DNA of 64,000 bases from Macrostomum hystrix (taxonomy: Eukaryota; Animalia; Platyhelminthes), in NCBI GenBank assembly GCA_950097015.1, contig CATNEN010000009.1, positions 372,001 to 436,000 on the forward strand, in the 5' to 3' direction. Below the pieces are notes generated by a model that searched no databases, was not told where the DNA came from, and saw nothing but the letters and a program-made list of their open reading frames with translations. The position numbers and the translations under genes were made by a program. This document shows, piece by piece, positions 47,046 to 61,100 of the stretch; the stretch's first letter is position 1, and the number at the start of each line of letters is the position of its first letter.

Positions 47046-47451
47046 GGAGAATAGAAATGGAGAAGAGGTGGGGAGAATAGAGACGTAGAAGAGATGGGGA
47101 GAATTGAGAGGGCGAAGAAAAAGGGAGAACAGAGGGTAAGTATGGAGAGTATAAAGTTAAAGAAAAGAATGGGAGAAGAGATGGGGAGAATAGAGAGGGA
47201 GAAGCAATAGGGAGAATAGAGAGGGAGGAGAGATGGGAACAATAGAGAGCCGGAGGAGACGGGAAGAATACATTGGGAGAAGAGAGGGGATGAATTTTGG
47301 AAGAATTGGGGGAGAATAGAAAGGGAACAGAGAGAGGAGATTAGAAAGGGAGAAGAAATATAAAATATGAATATGAAATATATCACAGAGATTTGAGCAT
47401 TAGAAAGAGCATAAGAAAAGCACCAATGTTTTTTCCATTCGATCGCGCAAG

Positions 47452-47746
47452 CTCGCATCTAGTCAGACAAGCTGCAAGGGGATACGAGCCCGCATCGCAT
47501 CTAGTCAGACAAGCTGCAAGGGGATACGAGCCCGCATCGCATCTAGTCAGACAAGCTGCAAGGGGATACGAGCCCGCATCGAATCTAGTCAGACAAGCTG
47601 CAAGGGGATACGAGCCCGCATCGCATCTAGTCAGACAAGCTGCAAGGGGATACGAGCCCGCATCGAATCTAGTCAGACAAGCTGCAAGGGGATACGAGCC
47701 CGCATCGCATCTAGTCAGACAAGCTGCAAGGGGATACGAGCCCGCA
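47452..47746. repeat. 42-bp minisatellite (7 copies)
   Basis: Unit GCATCGCATCTAGTCAGACAAGCTGCAAGGGGATACGAGCCC. Confidence 0.95.
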
Positions 47747-47914
47747 TATATTCTCCCTAGGTGTTTGAGTACGATGAGGTTGTTACAATCACTGTAGTTG
47801 GCGTACATGCCTTGCTATTACTCGTATATTGACCGGAGCTCGTAGTTGAATGGAGAAATGGTTCATCAGGGTGCAAAATGAAATAATGCCGGCAGATTCC
47901 AGCAAATTTCTCGG

Positions 47915-48656
47915 CAGCTAACAGTGCAGTCAGTGCTCAGGCCTCTAATTCGCAGTTTCCAATAATGCCAGTTGGTCCAATCCTGAGCCAGCAGCTAACA
48001 GTGCAGTCAGTGCTCAGGCCTCTGATTCGCCGTTTCCAATAATGCCAGTTGGTCCAGTCCTGAGCCAGCAGCTAACAGTGCAGTCAGTGCTCAGGCCTCT
48101 GATTCGCCGTTTCCAATAATGCCAGTTGGTCCAGTCCTGTGCCAGCAGCTAACAGTGCAATCAGTGCTCAGGCCTCTGATTCGCAGTTTCCAATAATGCC
48201 AGTTGGTCCAGTCCTGAGCCAGCAGCTAACAGTGCAGTCAGTGCTCAGGCCTCTGATTCGCAGTTTCCAATAATGCCAGTTGGTCCAGTCCTGAGCCAGC
48301 AGCTAACAGTGCAGTCAGTGCTTATCAGGCCTCTGATTCGCCGTTTCCAATAATGCCAGTTGGTCCAGTCCTGTGCCAGCAGCTAACAGTGCAGTCAGTG
48401 CTCAGGCCTCTGATTCGCAGTTTCCAATAATGCCAGTTGGTCCAGTCCTGTGCCAGCAGCTAACAGTGCAGTCAGTGCTCAGGCCTCTGATTCGCAGTTT
48501 CCAATAATGCCAGTTGGTCCAGTCCTGTGCCAGCAGCTAACAGTGCAGTCAGTGCTCAGGCCTCTGATTCGCAGTTTCCAATAATGCCAGTTGGTCCAGT
48601 CCTGTGCCAGCAGCTAACAGTGCAGTCAGTGCTCAGGCCTCTGATTCGCAGTTTCC
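47915..48656. repeat. 77-bp minisatellite (~9.5 copies)
   Basis: Unit starts GCCAGCAGCTAACAGTGCAGTCAGTGCTCAGGCCTCTGATTCGCAG. Confidence 0.95.
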
Positions 48657-49039
48657 TATAATGGCGGTTGCGCAAGCGCCATAGAAGTTGCGCCAGCTGA
48701 GCAGACTGCTGTGAGCAGAGCGCAGTAGCAGACTAGCAGCCTTTATCGCTATCTCAAAACCAAAGCCCAGGACTCACCTGGCATGGCCGGTGCACGTGAG
48801 CAATCTCAAGCATGCGAGCTGCTACTGCGGCTTAGGCAATCGCTGAGCTTGATTAGCCGGAGCTGCTGTAGAATTTCTCAGATAAGCGATGGGTTCTGGA
48901 AACACACCGAGTGGCACACGGAAGGCAAACACTATAATTAGTAGAGACCTGCCCTGATATCTCCCAGGGCATTGTCCGTTTGCCAGTCTGACTGTTAATC
49001 ACAACGGGCTTGAGAGTAGCTAGGGAGACCAGTGATGTA

Positions 49040-50425
49040 TAAAGGAGTAGAGTGAAATAGAATGGAGTACAGTGATATACAAGGGAGTAGAGTGAAAAAG
49101 AAGGACGTAGAGTGATATAGAAGAGAGTAGAAGGGAGTAGAGTGAGTAGAGTGAAATAGAAGGGAGTAGAGTGATATAGAAGAGAGTAGAAGGGAGTAGA
49201 GGGAGTAGAGTGAAATAGAAGGGAGTAGAGTGATATAGAAGAGAGTAGAAGGGAGTAGAGTGAAATAGAAGGGAGTAGAGGGAGTAGAGTGAAATAGAAG
49301 GGAGTAGAGTGATATAGAAGAGAGTAGAAGGGAGTAGAGGGAGTAGAGTGAAATAGAAGGGAGTAGAGTGATATAGAAGAGAATAGAAGGGAGTAGAGTG
49401 AAATAGAAGGGAGTAGAGGGAGTAGAGTGAAATAGAAGGGAGTAGAGGGAGTAGAGTGAAATAGAAGGGAGTAGAGGGAGTAGAGTGAAATAGAAGGGAG
49501 TAGAGGGAGTAGAGTGAAATAGAAGGGAGTAGAGGGAGTAGAGTGAAATAGAAGGGAGTAGAGGGAGTAGAGTGAAATAGAAGGGAGTAGAGGGAGTAGA
49601 GTGAAATAGAAGGGAGTAGAGTGAAATAGAAGGGAGTAGAGGGAGTAGAGTGAAATAGAAGGGAGTAGAGTGAAATAGAAGGGATTCGAGTGAAATAGAA
49701 GGGAGTAGAGTTAAATAGAAGGGAGTGGAGTTAAATAGAAGGGAGAGAGTTAAATAGAAGGGATTAGAGGGAAATAGAAGGGAGAGAGTTAAATAGAAGG
49801 GATTAGAGTGAAATAGAAGGGAGTAGAGTGAAATAGAAGGGAGTAGAGTGATGTTGAAGGGAGTAGAGTGAAATAGAAGGGAGTAGAGTGATGTTGAAGG
49901 GAGTAGAGTGAAATAGAAGGGAGTAGAGTGATGTTGAAGGGAGTAGAGTGAAATAGATAGCAGTAGAAGGAAAGCGGAGGAGAGAAAGGAAGAGGGTGAG
50001 AGATAAGGGAAGAAGAGATAGGAGGGAAGAGGAGGAAAGAGAAAGGAAGAGGAGGAGAGTGAGAAGGAAGGAGGAAGAGAGAGAAGGGAAGAAGAGGAGA
50101 TGTCAGGGAAGAAGGAGTGAGAAGGGAAGAGGATGAGAGAGATGGGAAACCAATAAGAGAAAAGGGAAGAAGAGGAGAGAGAATGGAAGAGGAGAGAGAA
50201 GGGAAGGGAAGAGGATGAGAGAGAATGGAAGAGGAGAGAGAAGGGAAGGGAAGAGGATGAGAGAGAATGGAAGAGGAGAGAGAAGGGAAGAGGATGAGAG
50301 AGAATGGAAGAGGAGAGAGAAGGGAAGGGAAGAGGATGAGAGAGAATCGAAGAGGAGAGAGAAGGGAAGAGGATGAGAGAAAAGGGAAAAGGATAAGAGA
50401 AATGGGAAGAGGATGAGAGAGAAAG
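49040..50425. repeat. Polypurine low-complexity / GAAATAGAAGGGAGTAGAGT array
   Basis: Plus strand almost entirely A/G for ~1.4 kb. Confidence 0.93.
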
Positions 50426-52150
50426 GAATACCGGGCCAGATTCCAGGTAGACGAATTGGTAAATGTAAAAGTGGTGCTGTAGGGGATCAAACAGACGCAT
50501 GGTGCGATGAGTGTGAAGATAGATTTATTATCAGGCCTCCCAGTATTTAGTATGGCATAGAGTGCAGTGTCGACCATTTACAGGTGTGCCCAGCTTGCAT
50601 AAACAGCTGGCATGGATTCCATAGCCTGATGCGAGCGGCACTCGGTTCCATAAGCCCAGGCCAGCCCAGGAAAGGTGAAGAAAGCAAGGCAGAGCTGAGC
50701 TGAGCACTGGCTGCGCCTGTAGCTCACAGGTGAGCCCAAATGGTTTCGGTTGAATTCTCTCTGGCTTGAGTATCCAAATTGTGGCCATTGAATCCGTGCG
50801 GGCCGGGCCTGTGGCCTGGCTGGGCCCAGCTGAGCCTTTGTTTGTCGGTCCGTATTGAATTTCACTGCTAGCCTGTGAGCCAAGGCTGTGTGAGGAGGCT
50901 AAGCTGAGTTCAGCTCATGCGGCTCTGCATAGCTAAGCAGCACTCGAATTATGCCCTCTGCACCCTCGGTGCAAGGTGTGTAATGGTTGCGAGGTGCGAA
51001 GGAACTGTATCCACAAGACTTGAGCAATGTAGAAAACTTTGGTTACTGCATGCCAAAGCTTGAGGAACTGCTCAGCTCATGGCCAATACCGTGACTCTCA
51101 CTGCTTCTCTCTCTGCAGTACTTTCTCTGCTCACCTGTCATGCTGAGTTGGTAACTGCTTCTGTTTAACAGCAGCTCTGCCTGTAAACCATGCGCCTAAT
51201 TTATGCGCATTTCATTTGTTTATTATATTTGTTCACTATTGTTCATTTTCATGAATAGCGTTTGCTATTCCCGGCTTTCAATTCGGTATCGACCTTCAGG
51301 GCCAGGTGCACTTTTAGCATTTGTATTCCAAAGTTGCGCAAGCCACATAAATCCTCAATGGAACAGAATCCAATGGGCTGAAGCAAAGCACTGAGCATTT
51401 CTTCACGCATATAACGGAGAGCACTAATTAATTGGTGATTTCTCAGCGATAAGAAGGACAAAGCTGAGACAGGCACCAGAGCTGACTGTCAGAAATCAGA
51501 TAAATTAATCTCACTTCTCTGTGAAGACAACAACAGGAAACAGTGGGCTTTGCTACAGGAAGCAGCAAATTTTGGCAAAGCATTCTGATCAGCCGAGCAA
51601 CCGGAGTTCGCACCATCCGCCATGGTGCATTTACAGATTTCAGTCCTGACAAGAACTGTGCTGCAGGCGGATATTTTAAGCAGAGTTTTGCAGATTTTCT
51701 GAGAAGGCGCCCTTGACCCTTTGGTCAGCCAGCCCCGCTCCCCTGTCCTCAGTCAGTCCTCAGCAGAGTGCAGTGGACCTAACGCTGGCAAAGGCAGCGG
51801 TATTATCTTGATGATCATCAGCTCTGGCTATTGCTTTTGTTTATGCTGTGCGCCACACAGACATAAGCCCACTGCCTGTAGTTTAAGTGATGACTTTTGG
51901 CTAAAATTGCGAAGCTTGGCGCTCGCAGAACAGAAACAGCTGGGGGTGGGGGCCGCTAGCTAACTCTATGCGCTTGTGTTTCCGCTGATCCAGCCCCTGC
52001 GTTTGCCTACAAAATCAAAATATCTTCTTGCACCCTGCGAGTGAGTCGCGTGTTGTTCTGAGTCTAACTCTCATGGCACAGCCTCACACTGAGCGCCCCA
52101 CCCCCCACAGACCAACACCCCACGATTCGCCTCCCACGAACCAATAGGAG

Positions 52151-55100
52151 ATGGCCAATCTATTTGGGCCCTCTCCCTATAAATTTTCAAGTGGCAAAAC
52201 AAGCGGAGTCCAGAGCAAAGTGAAATATCTGCCTTTCCAGCCTATCCTCAATCCGAAGGAGAGACAATCCCTCACAGGGTGCATAAAAACAAGCCAAGTG
52301 TGGAAGGAGTCTCAGCTCATCTGTTTATCCGATCCAAGTTCTGATCTTACTGACGCTATTCCACCGCGAGCGCAAATGTCGCCTGTCAAAGAGCAGCGAA
52401 GCGGCGCACCCTTCAACAGCCCAGTGCCAACAATACTGAGCGGCGATCTCCTGGATCAGCAGCTCAATAGCAAGCGGCGGTCCCGCCTTGACGAATTCCT
52501 CACTAATAACAGCTGCAGCAGCGATTCTCTGGCTCGCGTCACCCATGTGCTGTGCTGCCCCACCTGCCCCTTCATGAGCCTGCAGGAATCGGTCCTGGTT
52601 GAGCACACCGCTACCTGCAGTGGCATGGACAGCTCAAAGCCCAACAGCAGTGTCAGCAGCATCAGCAGCAGTGTGATAGTGCACCGCTGCTGTCTGTGCC
52701 TGGGCACCTCCACAGAGCTGGACCTCATGCGAGAGCACATGGCCATCTATCATGGACTGTGCAAGGGAGAGGTGAGCTAGGCTTATAGTCCTTCAACCTG
52801 CTGTTTCTATGCATATCCAGTCAATTTTCAGGAACTAATCAGAATTACTAACTATTTGGTCGTTGTGTAGACGTAGCTAGCTAGTTACAAACTTACAATC
52901 TAGGATAGGACCAATATTCGATGCAAATCAAATATTACTAGTGAAACTTTCATTTCTGAGGCATTCACACGGCATATGATTTCTTTGAAACTATTATTAC
53001 TCAGCTCGTTAGTAAGTTTATTAAGATTAGTAAAGTTGCTGACTGAACTGCATATAATTCAACAGTGTTTTTTAGATTGAGTAACTAACTTTGTCAACAA
53101 AAAGATCTGAAAATATTATTATTATTTATAAACTGTTATTTTGCCCTAACAATAGCTGCATGCCGCAATGCAACTGATAAGAAAGAGCGGCGCATTTGAT
53201 CTACCCCCTGTTGTTCAAGGCCCCATAAATAGCTCATCTACTAATTGATCGCGGGTGTTAACACCTATTACTAACTTCTCTGAGCCCAAACCCCCTGCTG
53301 GAGTTCAAAACGCAGGCCACTTCACAGGGTGTGAAATTGGGGTTCTCAAATTGTTTAGGTCTGTGATCTCCCTTCCCCTACCCTGCCCTGCCGAGTCTTC
53401 TGTGCAATCTGCTCACAGTCGCTAGCACCTGGAATTTTGGCAGATCAGATTACCTGAGAGAATGGAATACCTTAGCATCCCAAGTTTTATGCAAATCCAG
53501 ATCCTACCCTGTGCGTCCAGCAGTGCCAAGTCTCCAACCGAGTGTGGGCGCGGAATGAAGACAAATAGACAAAGACTTGTCATTTGCTTTCCTTGCCTGG
53601 GCTCAAACTCGAATTCCGGAATCGAGTCGCCTATTGTGTAATCTATGCTAGGGATTGACACAATGGGGCGTCAGGGTGGGAACTGGGGCTGTCTGATGCT
53701 AGTTGGGGCAGTTTTTCGGCACTGGATTCACACCCTTCCATGGGGTCCTGCTGCGAGACTTTGCGAGACTTCCAGCATTGCTATCTCAGTGGCATGGAAT
53801 GCTTACTCAACTACCACTCCCCATACATTCCAGGCTGATCTGCAGCTCACCTGGAGTCGAGTCAGCCCTGGCCGCTCCGTCGACACTGTCGGCCCTGCAC
53901 CAACCGGATCCAGGAAAAGGAAGAGTCACGTGCCGGTAAGCCGTTTGCGTCCCCTCTGCCTACTGGATGCCCTCTGCTCACTGAATGCCCTCTGCTCACT
54001 GAATTCCCTCTGCTCACTGAATGCCCTCTGCTCACTCAATGCCCTCTGCTCACTGAATGCCCTCTGCTCACTCAATGCCCTCTGCTCACTGAATTCCCTC
54101 TGCTCACTGAATGCCCTCTGCTCACTGAATGCCCTCTGCTCACTGAATGCCCTCTGCCTACTGGATGCCCTCTGCTCACTCAATGCCCTCTGCTCACTGA
54201 ATTCCCTCTGCTCACTCAATGCCCTCTGCTCACTGAATGCCCTCTGCTTACTGAATGCCCTCTGCTCACTGAATGCCCTCTGCTCACTTAATGCCCTCTG
54301 CTCACTCAATGCCCTCTGCTCACTGAATGCCCTCTGCTCACTGAATTCCCTCTGCTCACTGAATGCCCTCTGCTCACTCAATGCCCTCTGCTCACTGAAT
54401 GCCCTCTGCTCACTGAATGCCCTCTGCTCACTGAATGCCCTCTGCTCACTCAATGCCCTCTGCTCACTGAATGCCCTCTGCTCACTGAATGCCCTCTGCT
54501 CACTCAATGCCCTCTGCTCACTCAATGCCCTCTGCTCACTGAATGCCCTCTGCTCACTGGATGCCCTCTGCTCACTGAATGCCCTCTGCTCACTGAATGC
54601 CCTCTGCCCACTGGATCCCATCTGCTCACTGAATGCCCTCTGCTCACTGGATGCCCTCTGCCCACTGGATGCCCTCTGCCAACTGGATGCCCTCTGCCAA
54701 CTGGATGCCCTCTGCCAACTGGATGACTTCTGCCTACTGGACGCCCCTCTGCCACTTTCCCTACCCTCTTCCATCTCTGCCCCTCCACCCCCATAAACCC
54801 TCTGCTCCCTCATCTACCCCTTAGCCACCACCTCTTACCCCTCTATACCTCATCTGCCCCTCTACTGTGCTCTCCTGCGCTGTTTCCTCTGCGTTTATTT
54901 GTTTCCGGCCCTTTATTTCCGACAGTCCATCTCACTGCCACTCCGCCAGTCCACCTCACTGCCACTCCGCCAGTCCAGCTAACTGTTACTCCGCCAGTCC
55001 ATCTCACTGCCACTCCGCCAGTCCACCTCACTGCCACTCCGCCAGTCCAGATAACTGTTACTCCGCCAGTCCATCTCACTGCCACTCCGCCAGTCCATCT

Positions 55101-55898
55101 CACTGCCACTCCGCCAGTCCACCTCACTGTTACTCCGCCAGTCCATCTCACTGCCACTCCGCCAGTCCACCTCACTGCCACTCCGCCAGTCCAGATAACT
55201 GTTACTCCGCCAGTCCATCTCATTGTCACTACACCAGTCCACCTCACTGTTACTCCGTCAGTCCATCTCACTGTTACTCCGTCAGTCCAGATAACTGTTA
55301 CTCCGCCAGTCCATCTCACTGCCACTCCGCCAGTCCATCTCACTGCCACTCCGCCAGTCCACCTCACTGTTACTCCGCCAGTCCATCTCACTGCCACTCC
55401 GCCAGTCCACCTCACTGCCACTCCGCCAGTCCAGATAACTGTTACTCCGCCAGTCCATCTCATTGTCACTACACCAGTCCACCTCACTGTTACTCCGTCA
55501 GTCCATCTCACTGTTACTCCGTCAGTCCATCTCGCAGCTCTCAGTACTGGTATTAATTTGGCTTATTCGCAGAGCTAAAAGTTTCTCAGACCTGTCTGGC
55601 CCATGCAGCCAGCTGCAGTCAACGGGTGTGAGACTCCGGTGATGGCTCACAGCTCATGCTGAACTTCGCAGCATTTATTTTCAACTTTCTGCCGACCTGC
55701 TTGCCATCTGTGATTCTGGGCTTTGCAGTTGCTCTGACTCTCATTTTGGAAATTTGCGCACGGCACCGGAGGGGTGGCTAGCGACCCACCGCCTGTCTGT
55801 GCAGCGCTTACAATGTGAGCCTGTCACTGCGACTGCTCTTGTGACTCCACTTTTGGAGCTAGCGGCTCACCCGCCTGCTTTCTGCTCCTCTGCGAGCC

Positions 55899-55931
<33 letters not shown>

Positions 55932-57603
55932 TGCTGCGTACACTGAAGTAGCAATCGGAGACTTTTAGATAGTAATCCAGTCCGCGGAGAGAAACTTGGA
56001 GTTTTCAGTTCGTACAGAGGGAGTATTGTGAGAAATCGGAACAAGGAAAGGCAGAATGCACCGAGACGTTTAATCCTCAGCTCTTCCTATTTGTCCGGCG
56101 GCTCTCCGACCTTGAGTTCTCCTCGATAAATCAAGCAACCGTTCCCACGAGCTGCACCCAGCCGCTGCGGAACCTCCACTTGTCGCAGTGAAAATTGATG
56201 CCAATTGATGGCCGCCCAGCTTCGAGGCATCGGTAGCGGAAACTTTACATGGCAGGCATAAATCACCGGCCCCTCACGGTGCTAGAGCAGGTTGCTCTGC
56301 CTGTTCCGCGGCCCCAGTTGCTGGACAGCCGGAGTTTCCTCCACCATTGAGTTCCCTGAGAGCTGCACCTTGCCTTCTCCGCAGTCACCGCTATTCGATT
56401 CGGAGACCCGAGATAAATTTATGAGAAGGGCTCATGAGCCACCGAAGCCTGGCAGATTTGCCATTTGCCTGCCAGCAGCCCTGACCCAATTTGCTGACTC
56501 TGCAACTTGAGCTCAGCTAGAAACTCGAGAACTCCAACAACCCTCCGCCTGTGCTGCCTTCCCCATCGCTCACTTTCCCCAGGCCGAGCTCAGTGGCTGG
56601 TCTTTGTACGTGAGTGCGGCGCGGTCACTCGGTGCCGGTTATTTCCTTGACTGCTACCTGATACTCCTCACTTCTGCGAGTCTTTATCGCTTTTGGAATT
56701 CTCGGCGTCTGTAATATTGATAAGGCTGGATTTACAAAACTCAGTTAGAAAGCTAGAATCTCTATGAGGCTATTGTTCCGAAAAATCAAACCGATTCGTT
56801 TGTATTCTCTGCCCAACCTGTACAGGAGCGAATCCACAGCCTGTGGACAGCACAGGTGTCAGCCGCCGACTGCCCAAAGTCTCCGAAAATGCTGCTGATG
56901 TCGGTTGGAGACGGCGACTGTCCTAAGGTAAGCTGTTCTCACTATTTCCCTCTCCCATTCCAACTCGTAACCAACTCAACCTGATGCCCCGAACTGCCAG
57001 GCCGCAGTCGCCAGTCCTCTCGATGTCGCGTCGCCCGCCACAGCCAACTGCGACATCCTGGACCTGAGCCTGAAGCGGCTGGCCGACGCCTCCAGCGCCG
57101 ATGAAGCCGCTGAGGCGTCCCCACCGAAGGCCAGGCAGCAGAAGCAGCAGAAGCTGCAGAGGCAGGACTCGCAGGAGCAGAGTTTGGTGGGCAAGCCGCA
57201 GCGGCAGAACTTCTCGGACGCGCAGAACAGCCTGCTGCAGAGCTGGTTCTCAGAGCACCGGGACAAGCCCTACCCCAGCACCGCGGACACTCGCCAGCTG
57301 GCCGAGCTGACGCGCCTGAACTACTCGCAGGTGAAGAAGTGGTTTGCCAACAGGCGCATGCGCACGAAGACTCCCGGCTCTGCTGGACTGCTCGCCAGCG
57401 ACGGGCTGTGCGGGGTGAGTCTGTGTTCTTGCACTCTTGATTTCCTCAGTTTATAACAAATGGAAAAGTCACTTCATTCCCCTGATCCCCAACGCCCCTC
57501 CGACATCCCACAGGAGCTAACCTTCAGCGAGATGTCGTCTGGCAAGGCCTCGCCCAGCAATTTGTCAGCGACCGACTTCCGCTCTGAGAACTCGCCGGCC
57601 TAG
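52151..57603 (+). CDS. Zinc-finger + TALE-class homeodomain protein (multi-exon model)
   Basis: Exons 52151-52771 (CPTC...H...C and CCLC...H...H fingers), 53834-53935 (RKRK; tentative), 56826-56927, 57001-57414 (ILDLS motif and homeodomain) and 57514-57603 all join in phase 0 with GT-AG ends. The homeodomain is certain; its linkage to the ZF exon is inferred. Confidence 0.65.
53950..54750. repeat. 18-bp minisatellite GAATGCCCTCTGCTCACT
   Basis: About 44 copies, beginning ~15 nt after the GTAAGC donor at 53936. Confidence 0.96.
54920..55530. repeat. 24-bp minisatellite CCGCCAGTCCA(T/C)CTCACTG(CC/TT)ACT with higher-order structure
   Basis: Tandem array; a block of roughly 240 bp appears repeated. 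Confidence 0.93.
57001..57414 (+). CDS. TALE homeobox exon
   Basis: PQRQNFSDAQNSLLQSWFSEHRDKPYPSTADTRQLAELTRLNYSQVKKWFANRRMR: three-amino-acid loop extension with PYP, and a WFxN helix 3. Confidence 0.93.
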
Positions 57604-58134
57604 TTCGCCTCGCACTCGCGTCAGCTACTTAGCTGCGGAGGAGTTAGTAGTATATCGCGCAGAGTGACTTCAAAGTGGAAAATATTTTAAAACGCTCGTC
57701 TTAGTGTTTTCTTAGCAGCCACCCATTTGCCCTAGAGCTTTGTCTTCCTGTCTGCGGCTGAGCGGGCGAGCTGCCGTTTGTACATTCGAGTGCTTGGTGC
57801 TTGCTTCACTGCTAGCCTTACCGTGTCTGCCTTGTTTCTGTGCAATTTTCTTTATCACCCACCGTATGCAATTTTTACAACTTTTATTTTTAGCGCGTCA
57901 GCTAGACTGCTAAGCTCTCAATTTGCTCACAGTACATCCCGAATGTGCACTTTTAACTCTTAATATGTTACGCAATCGCTATTCACTTGGAAGATGATGC
58001 AAAATACACAGTTCTGTGTCTGCAGCGACTCGTTTCACTTTTGCGCAGCTCGCTGCTTTTGGTGCTAACTGCTCAAATTATTGTGACTGAGCTTTGACTA
58101 ATATCTATTTTGACTGCCATTTAACTTAGGCTCC

Positions 58135-61100
58135 AAAGCCCTGACAGACTCATATACAGACTCATATATATATATATATATCTGCTGCTCTGACACCCTC
58201 ACAGCCCTGACAGACTCATGTATATATATCTGCTGCTCTGACACCCTCACAGCCCTGACAGACTCATGTATATATATCTGCTGCTCTGACACCCTCACAG
58301 CCCTGACAGACTCATGTATATATATCTGCTGCTCTGACCCCCTCACAGCCCTGACAGACTCATGTATATATATATATCTGCTGCTCTGACACCCTCACAG
58401 CTCTGACAGACTCATGTATATATATCTGCTGCTCTGACACCCTCACAGCCCTGACAGACTCATGTATATATATATATCTGCTGCTCTGACACCCTCACAG
58501 CCCTGACAGACTCATGTATATATATCTGCTGCTCTGACACCCTCACAGCTCTGACAGACTCATGTATATATATCTGCTGCTCTGACACCCTCACAGCCCT
58601 GACAGACTCATGTATATATATATCTGCTGCTCTGACACCCTCACAGCTCTGACAGACTCATGTATATATATCTGCTGCTCTGACACCCTCACAGCCCTGA
58701 CAGACTCATGTATATATATATCTGCTGCTCTGACACCCTCACAGCTCTGACAGACTCATGTATATATATATCTGCTGCTCTGACACCCTCACAGCTCTGA
58801 CACCCTCACAGCTCTGACAGACTCATGTATATATATCTGCTGCTCTGACACCCTCACAGCCCTGACAGACTCATGTATATATATATATCTGCTGCTCTGA
58901 CACCCTCACAGCTCTGACAGACTCATGTATATATATCTGCTGCTCTGACACCCTCACAGCTCTGACAGACTCATGTATATATATCTGCTGCTCTGACACC
59001 CTCACAACTCTGACAGACTCATGTATATATATCTGCTGCTCTGACACCCTCACAGCCCTGACAGACTCATGTATATATATCTGCTGCTCTGACACCCTCA
59101 CAGCTCTGACAGACTCATGTATATATATATCTGCTGCTCTGACACCCTCACAGCTCTGACAGACTCATGTATATATATCTGCTGCTCTGACACCCTCACA
59201 GCTCTGACAGACTCATGTATATATATATCTGCTTCTCTGACACCCTCACAGCCCTGACAGACTCATGTATATATATCTGCTGCTCTGACACCCTCACAGC
59301 TCTGACAGACTCATGTATATATATCTGCTGCTCTGACACCCTCACAGCCCTGACAGACTCATGTATATATATATATCTGCTGCTCTGACACCCTCACAGC
59401 TCTGACAGACTCATGTATATATATCTGCTGCTCTGACACCCTCACAGCCCTGACAGACTCATGTATATATATATATCTGCTGCTCTGACACCCTCACAGC
59501 CCTGACAGACTCATGTATATATATCTGCTGCTCTGACACCCTCACAGCTCTGACAGACTCATGTATATATATCTGCTGCTCTGACACCCTCACAGCCCTG
59601 ACAGACTCATGTATATATATATCTGCTGCTCTGACACCCTCACAGCTCTGACAGACTCATGTATATATATCTGCTGCTCTGACACCCTCACAGCCCTGAC
59701 AGACTCATGTATATATATATCTGCTGCTCTGACACCCTCACAGCTCTGACAGACTCATGTATATATATATCTGCTGCTCTGACACCCTCACAGCTCTGAC
59801 AGACTCATGTATATATATCTGCTGCTCTGACACCCTCACAGCCCTGACAGACTCATGTATATATATATATCTGCTGCTCTGACACCCTCACAGCCCTGAC
59901 AGACTCATGTATATATATCTGCTGCTCTGACACCCTCACAGCTCTGACAGACTCATGTATATATATCTGCTGCTCTGACACCCTCACAGCCCTGACAGAC
60001 TCATGTATATATATATCTGCTGCTCTGACACCCTCACAGCTCTGACAGACTCATGTATATATATCTGCTGCTCTGACACCCTCACAGCCCTGACAGACTC
60101 ATGTATATATATATCTGCTGCTCTGACACCCTCACAGCTCTGACAGACTCATGTATATATATATCTGCTGCTCTGACACCCTCACAGCTCTGACACCCTC
60201 ACAGCTCTGACAGACTCATGTATATATATCTGCTGCTCTGACACCCTCACAGCCCTGACAGACTCATGTATATATATATATCTGCTGCTCTGACACCCTC
60301 ACAGCTCTGACAGACTCATGTATATATATCTGCTGCTCTGACTCCCTCACAGCTCTGACAGACTCATGTATATATATCTGCTGCTCTGACACCCTCACAA
60401 CTCTGACAGACTCATGTATATATATCTGCTGCTCTGACACCCTCACAGCCCTGACAGACTCATGTATATATATCTGCTGCTCTGACACCCTCACAGCTCT
60501 GACAGACTCATGTATATATATATCTGCTGCTCTGACACCCTCACAGCCCTGACAGACTCATGTATATATATCTGCTGCTCTGACACCCTCACAGCTCTGA
60601 CAGACTCATGTATATATATATCTGCTTCTCTGACACCCTCACAGCCCTGACAGACTCATGTATATATATCTGCTGCTCTGACACCCTCACAGCTCTGACA
60701 GACTCATGTATATATATCTGCTGCTCTGACACCCTCACAGCCCTGACAGACTCATGTATATATATATATCTGCTGCTCTGACACCCTCACAGCTCTGACA
60801 GACTCATGTATATATATCTGCTGCTCTGACACCCTCACAGCCCTGACAGACTCATGTATATATATATATCTGCTGCTCTGACACCCTCACAGCCCTGACA
60901 GACTCATGTATATATATCTGCTGCTCTGACACCCTCACAGCTCTGACAGACTCATGTATATATATCTGCTGCTCTGACACCCTCACAGCCCTGACAGACT
61001 CATGTATATATATATCTGCTGCTCTGACACCCTCACAGCTCTGACAGACTCATGTATATATATCTGCTGCTCTGACACCCTCACAGCCCTGACAGACTCA

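Noticed and set aside
45600-51700. Multi-exon minus-strand gene from scattered exon-like pieces
   Set aside because: Some GT/AG-bounded open segments exist, but I could not join them into a recognisable phase-consistent protein, so no feature was called.
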